DNA of 63,971 nt, counting the filler, from Octopus bimaculoides (Eukaryota): assembly GCF_001194135.2 (NCBI RefSeq). It is 9 parts of 9 records of this genome, joined end to end, with 100 filler letters (N's around TTAATTAATTAA, not from the genome) between each part and the next. Parts side by side here need not be neighbours in the genome. Positions count along the whole stretch, not along the records: positions 61,531 to 63,971 come from NC_068982.1; 8 more parts are not named here. One strand, 5' to 3'. The notes under the pieces were generated by a model that ran no database searches, was not told where the DNA came from, and saw nothing but the letters and a program-made list of their open reading frames with translations. This document shows, one piece after another, positions 63,127 to 63,971 of this stretch (positions are counted from its first letter, which is position 1; each line of letters begins with the position of its first letter). The position numbers and the translations under genes are program-made.

Positions 63127-63565
63127 GTGGTGATGTAGTTGCTGGTGGTGGTGGTGGTGGTGGTGGTGATGTAGTTGCTGGTGGTGGTGGTGGCAGTGGT
63201 TGTGATGCCGTTGTTGTTGTTGCTGCTGTTGCTGTTGTTGTTGGTGGTGATGGTGATGGTGGTTGTGATGTCGTTGTTGTTGGTGGTGGTGGTGATGGTG
63301 ATGATGGTGGTGGTGGTGGTGGTAGTGGTAGTGGTTGTGATGCCGTTATTGTTGTTGCTGTTGCTGTTGTTGTTGTTATTGTTGTTGTTATTGTTAGTGG
63401 TGGTGGCGGTGGTGGTGGTGATGTCGTTGTTACTGTTGCTGTTGCTGTTGGTGATGATGCTGATGGTGATAATGTTGGTGACGGTGGTAATGGTGTTGGT
63501 GTTGTCGTTTGAGGTTTTGTCGTTGTTGTTGCCATTGTAGTAGTAGTATTAGTAGTAGTAGTGGC

Positions 63566-63600
<35 letters not shown>

Positions 63601-63678
63601 CAGTAGTAGTAGTAGTAGTAGTAGTAGTTGCAGTAGTGNNNNNNNNNNGTAGTAGTAGTAGTAGTAGTTGCAGTAGTG

Positions 63679-63733
<55 letters not shown>

Positions 63734-63971
63734 CTGGCAGTGGTGGTGTGTTGCCACAGTGGTTGATTCTGTTTAGCTGTTGTTTTTCATTTCAGGTGGT
63801 GATGCTGTTGGGGTGGTAGTAGTAGTAGTAGTAATAGTAGTGGTAGTGTTTGTGGTGATGGTGACGACGGTGGTGTCTTGCTGCTGCTGCTGTTGTTGTT
63901 GTTGTTGTTGGTAATGTGTTCTGTTCTTGTTATTATTGTTTCTGTTGTTGTCGCTGCTTCTGCCGGTGGCA
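63127..63971. repeat. Cryptic (GGT/GTT/GTA)n triplet mosaic
   Basis: Low complexity; produces the poly-T, poly-P, poly-V and poly-S ORFs. Confidence 0.9.

Overview
AT-rich, microsatellite-dense, gappy animal genomic DNA. The SINE, Penelope and microsatellite content is typical of an octopus-like cephalopod; this is inference from repeat content, not a database result. I recognise no intact host protein-coding gene, rRNA, functional tRNA or CRISPR array, and most ORF-track entries are microsatellite or N-gap artefacts. The window is a transposon graveyard: two Ty3/Gypsy LTR relics (one lacks gag and protease), seven Penelope-like (PLE) fragments with two degenerate hammerhead ribozymes, three R4/Dong-like LINE ends, an L1/Tx1-like RT, several MITEs and foldback palindromes, and many tRNA-derived SINEs. 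Eight identical 100-bp 44N-TTAATTAATTAA-44N spacers are synthetic scaffold joins, so adjacency across them is unproven. The most unusual items are a 1.3-kb TIR element whose TIRs each carry an octamer plus CCAAT module and which has an internal TIR-derived filler footprint (7424-8733), an inverted PLE endonuclease pair with a hammerhead (41228-42255), and two long hairpins (19412-19558, 59760-59865). SINE family letters A-E are working labels for this answer only. Boundaries of degenerate repeats are approximate.
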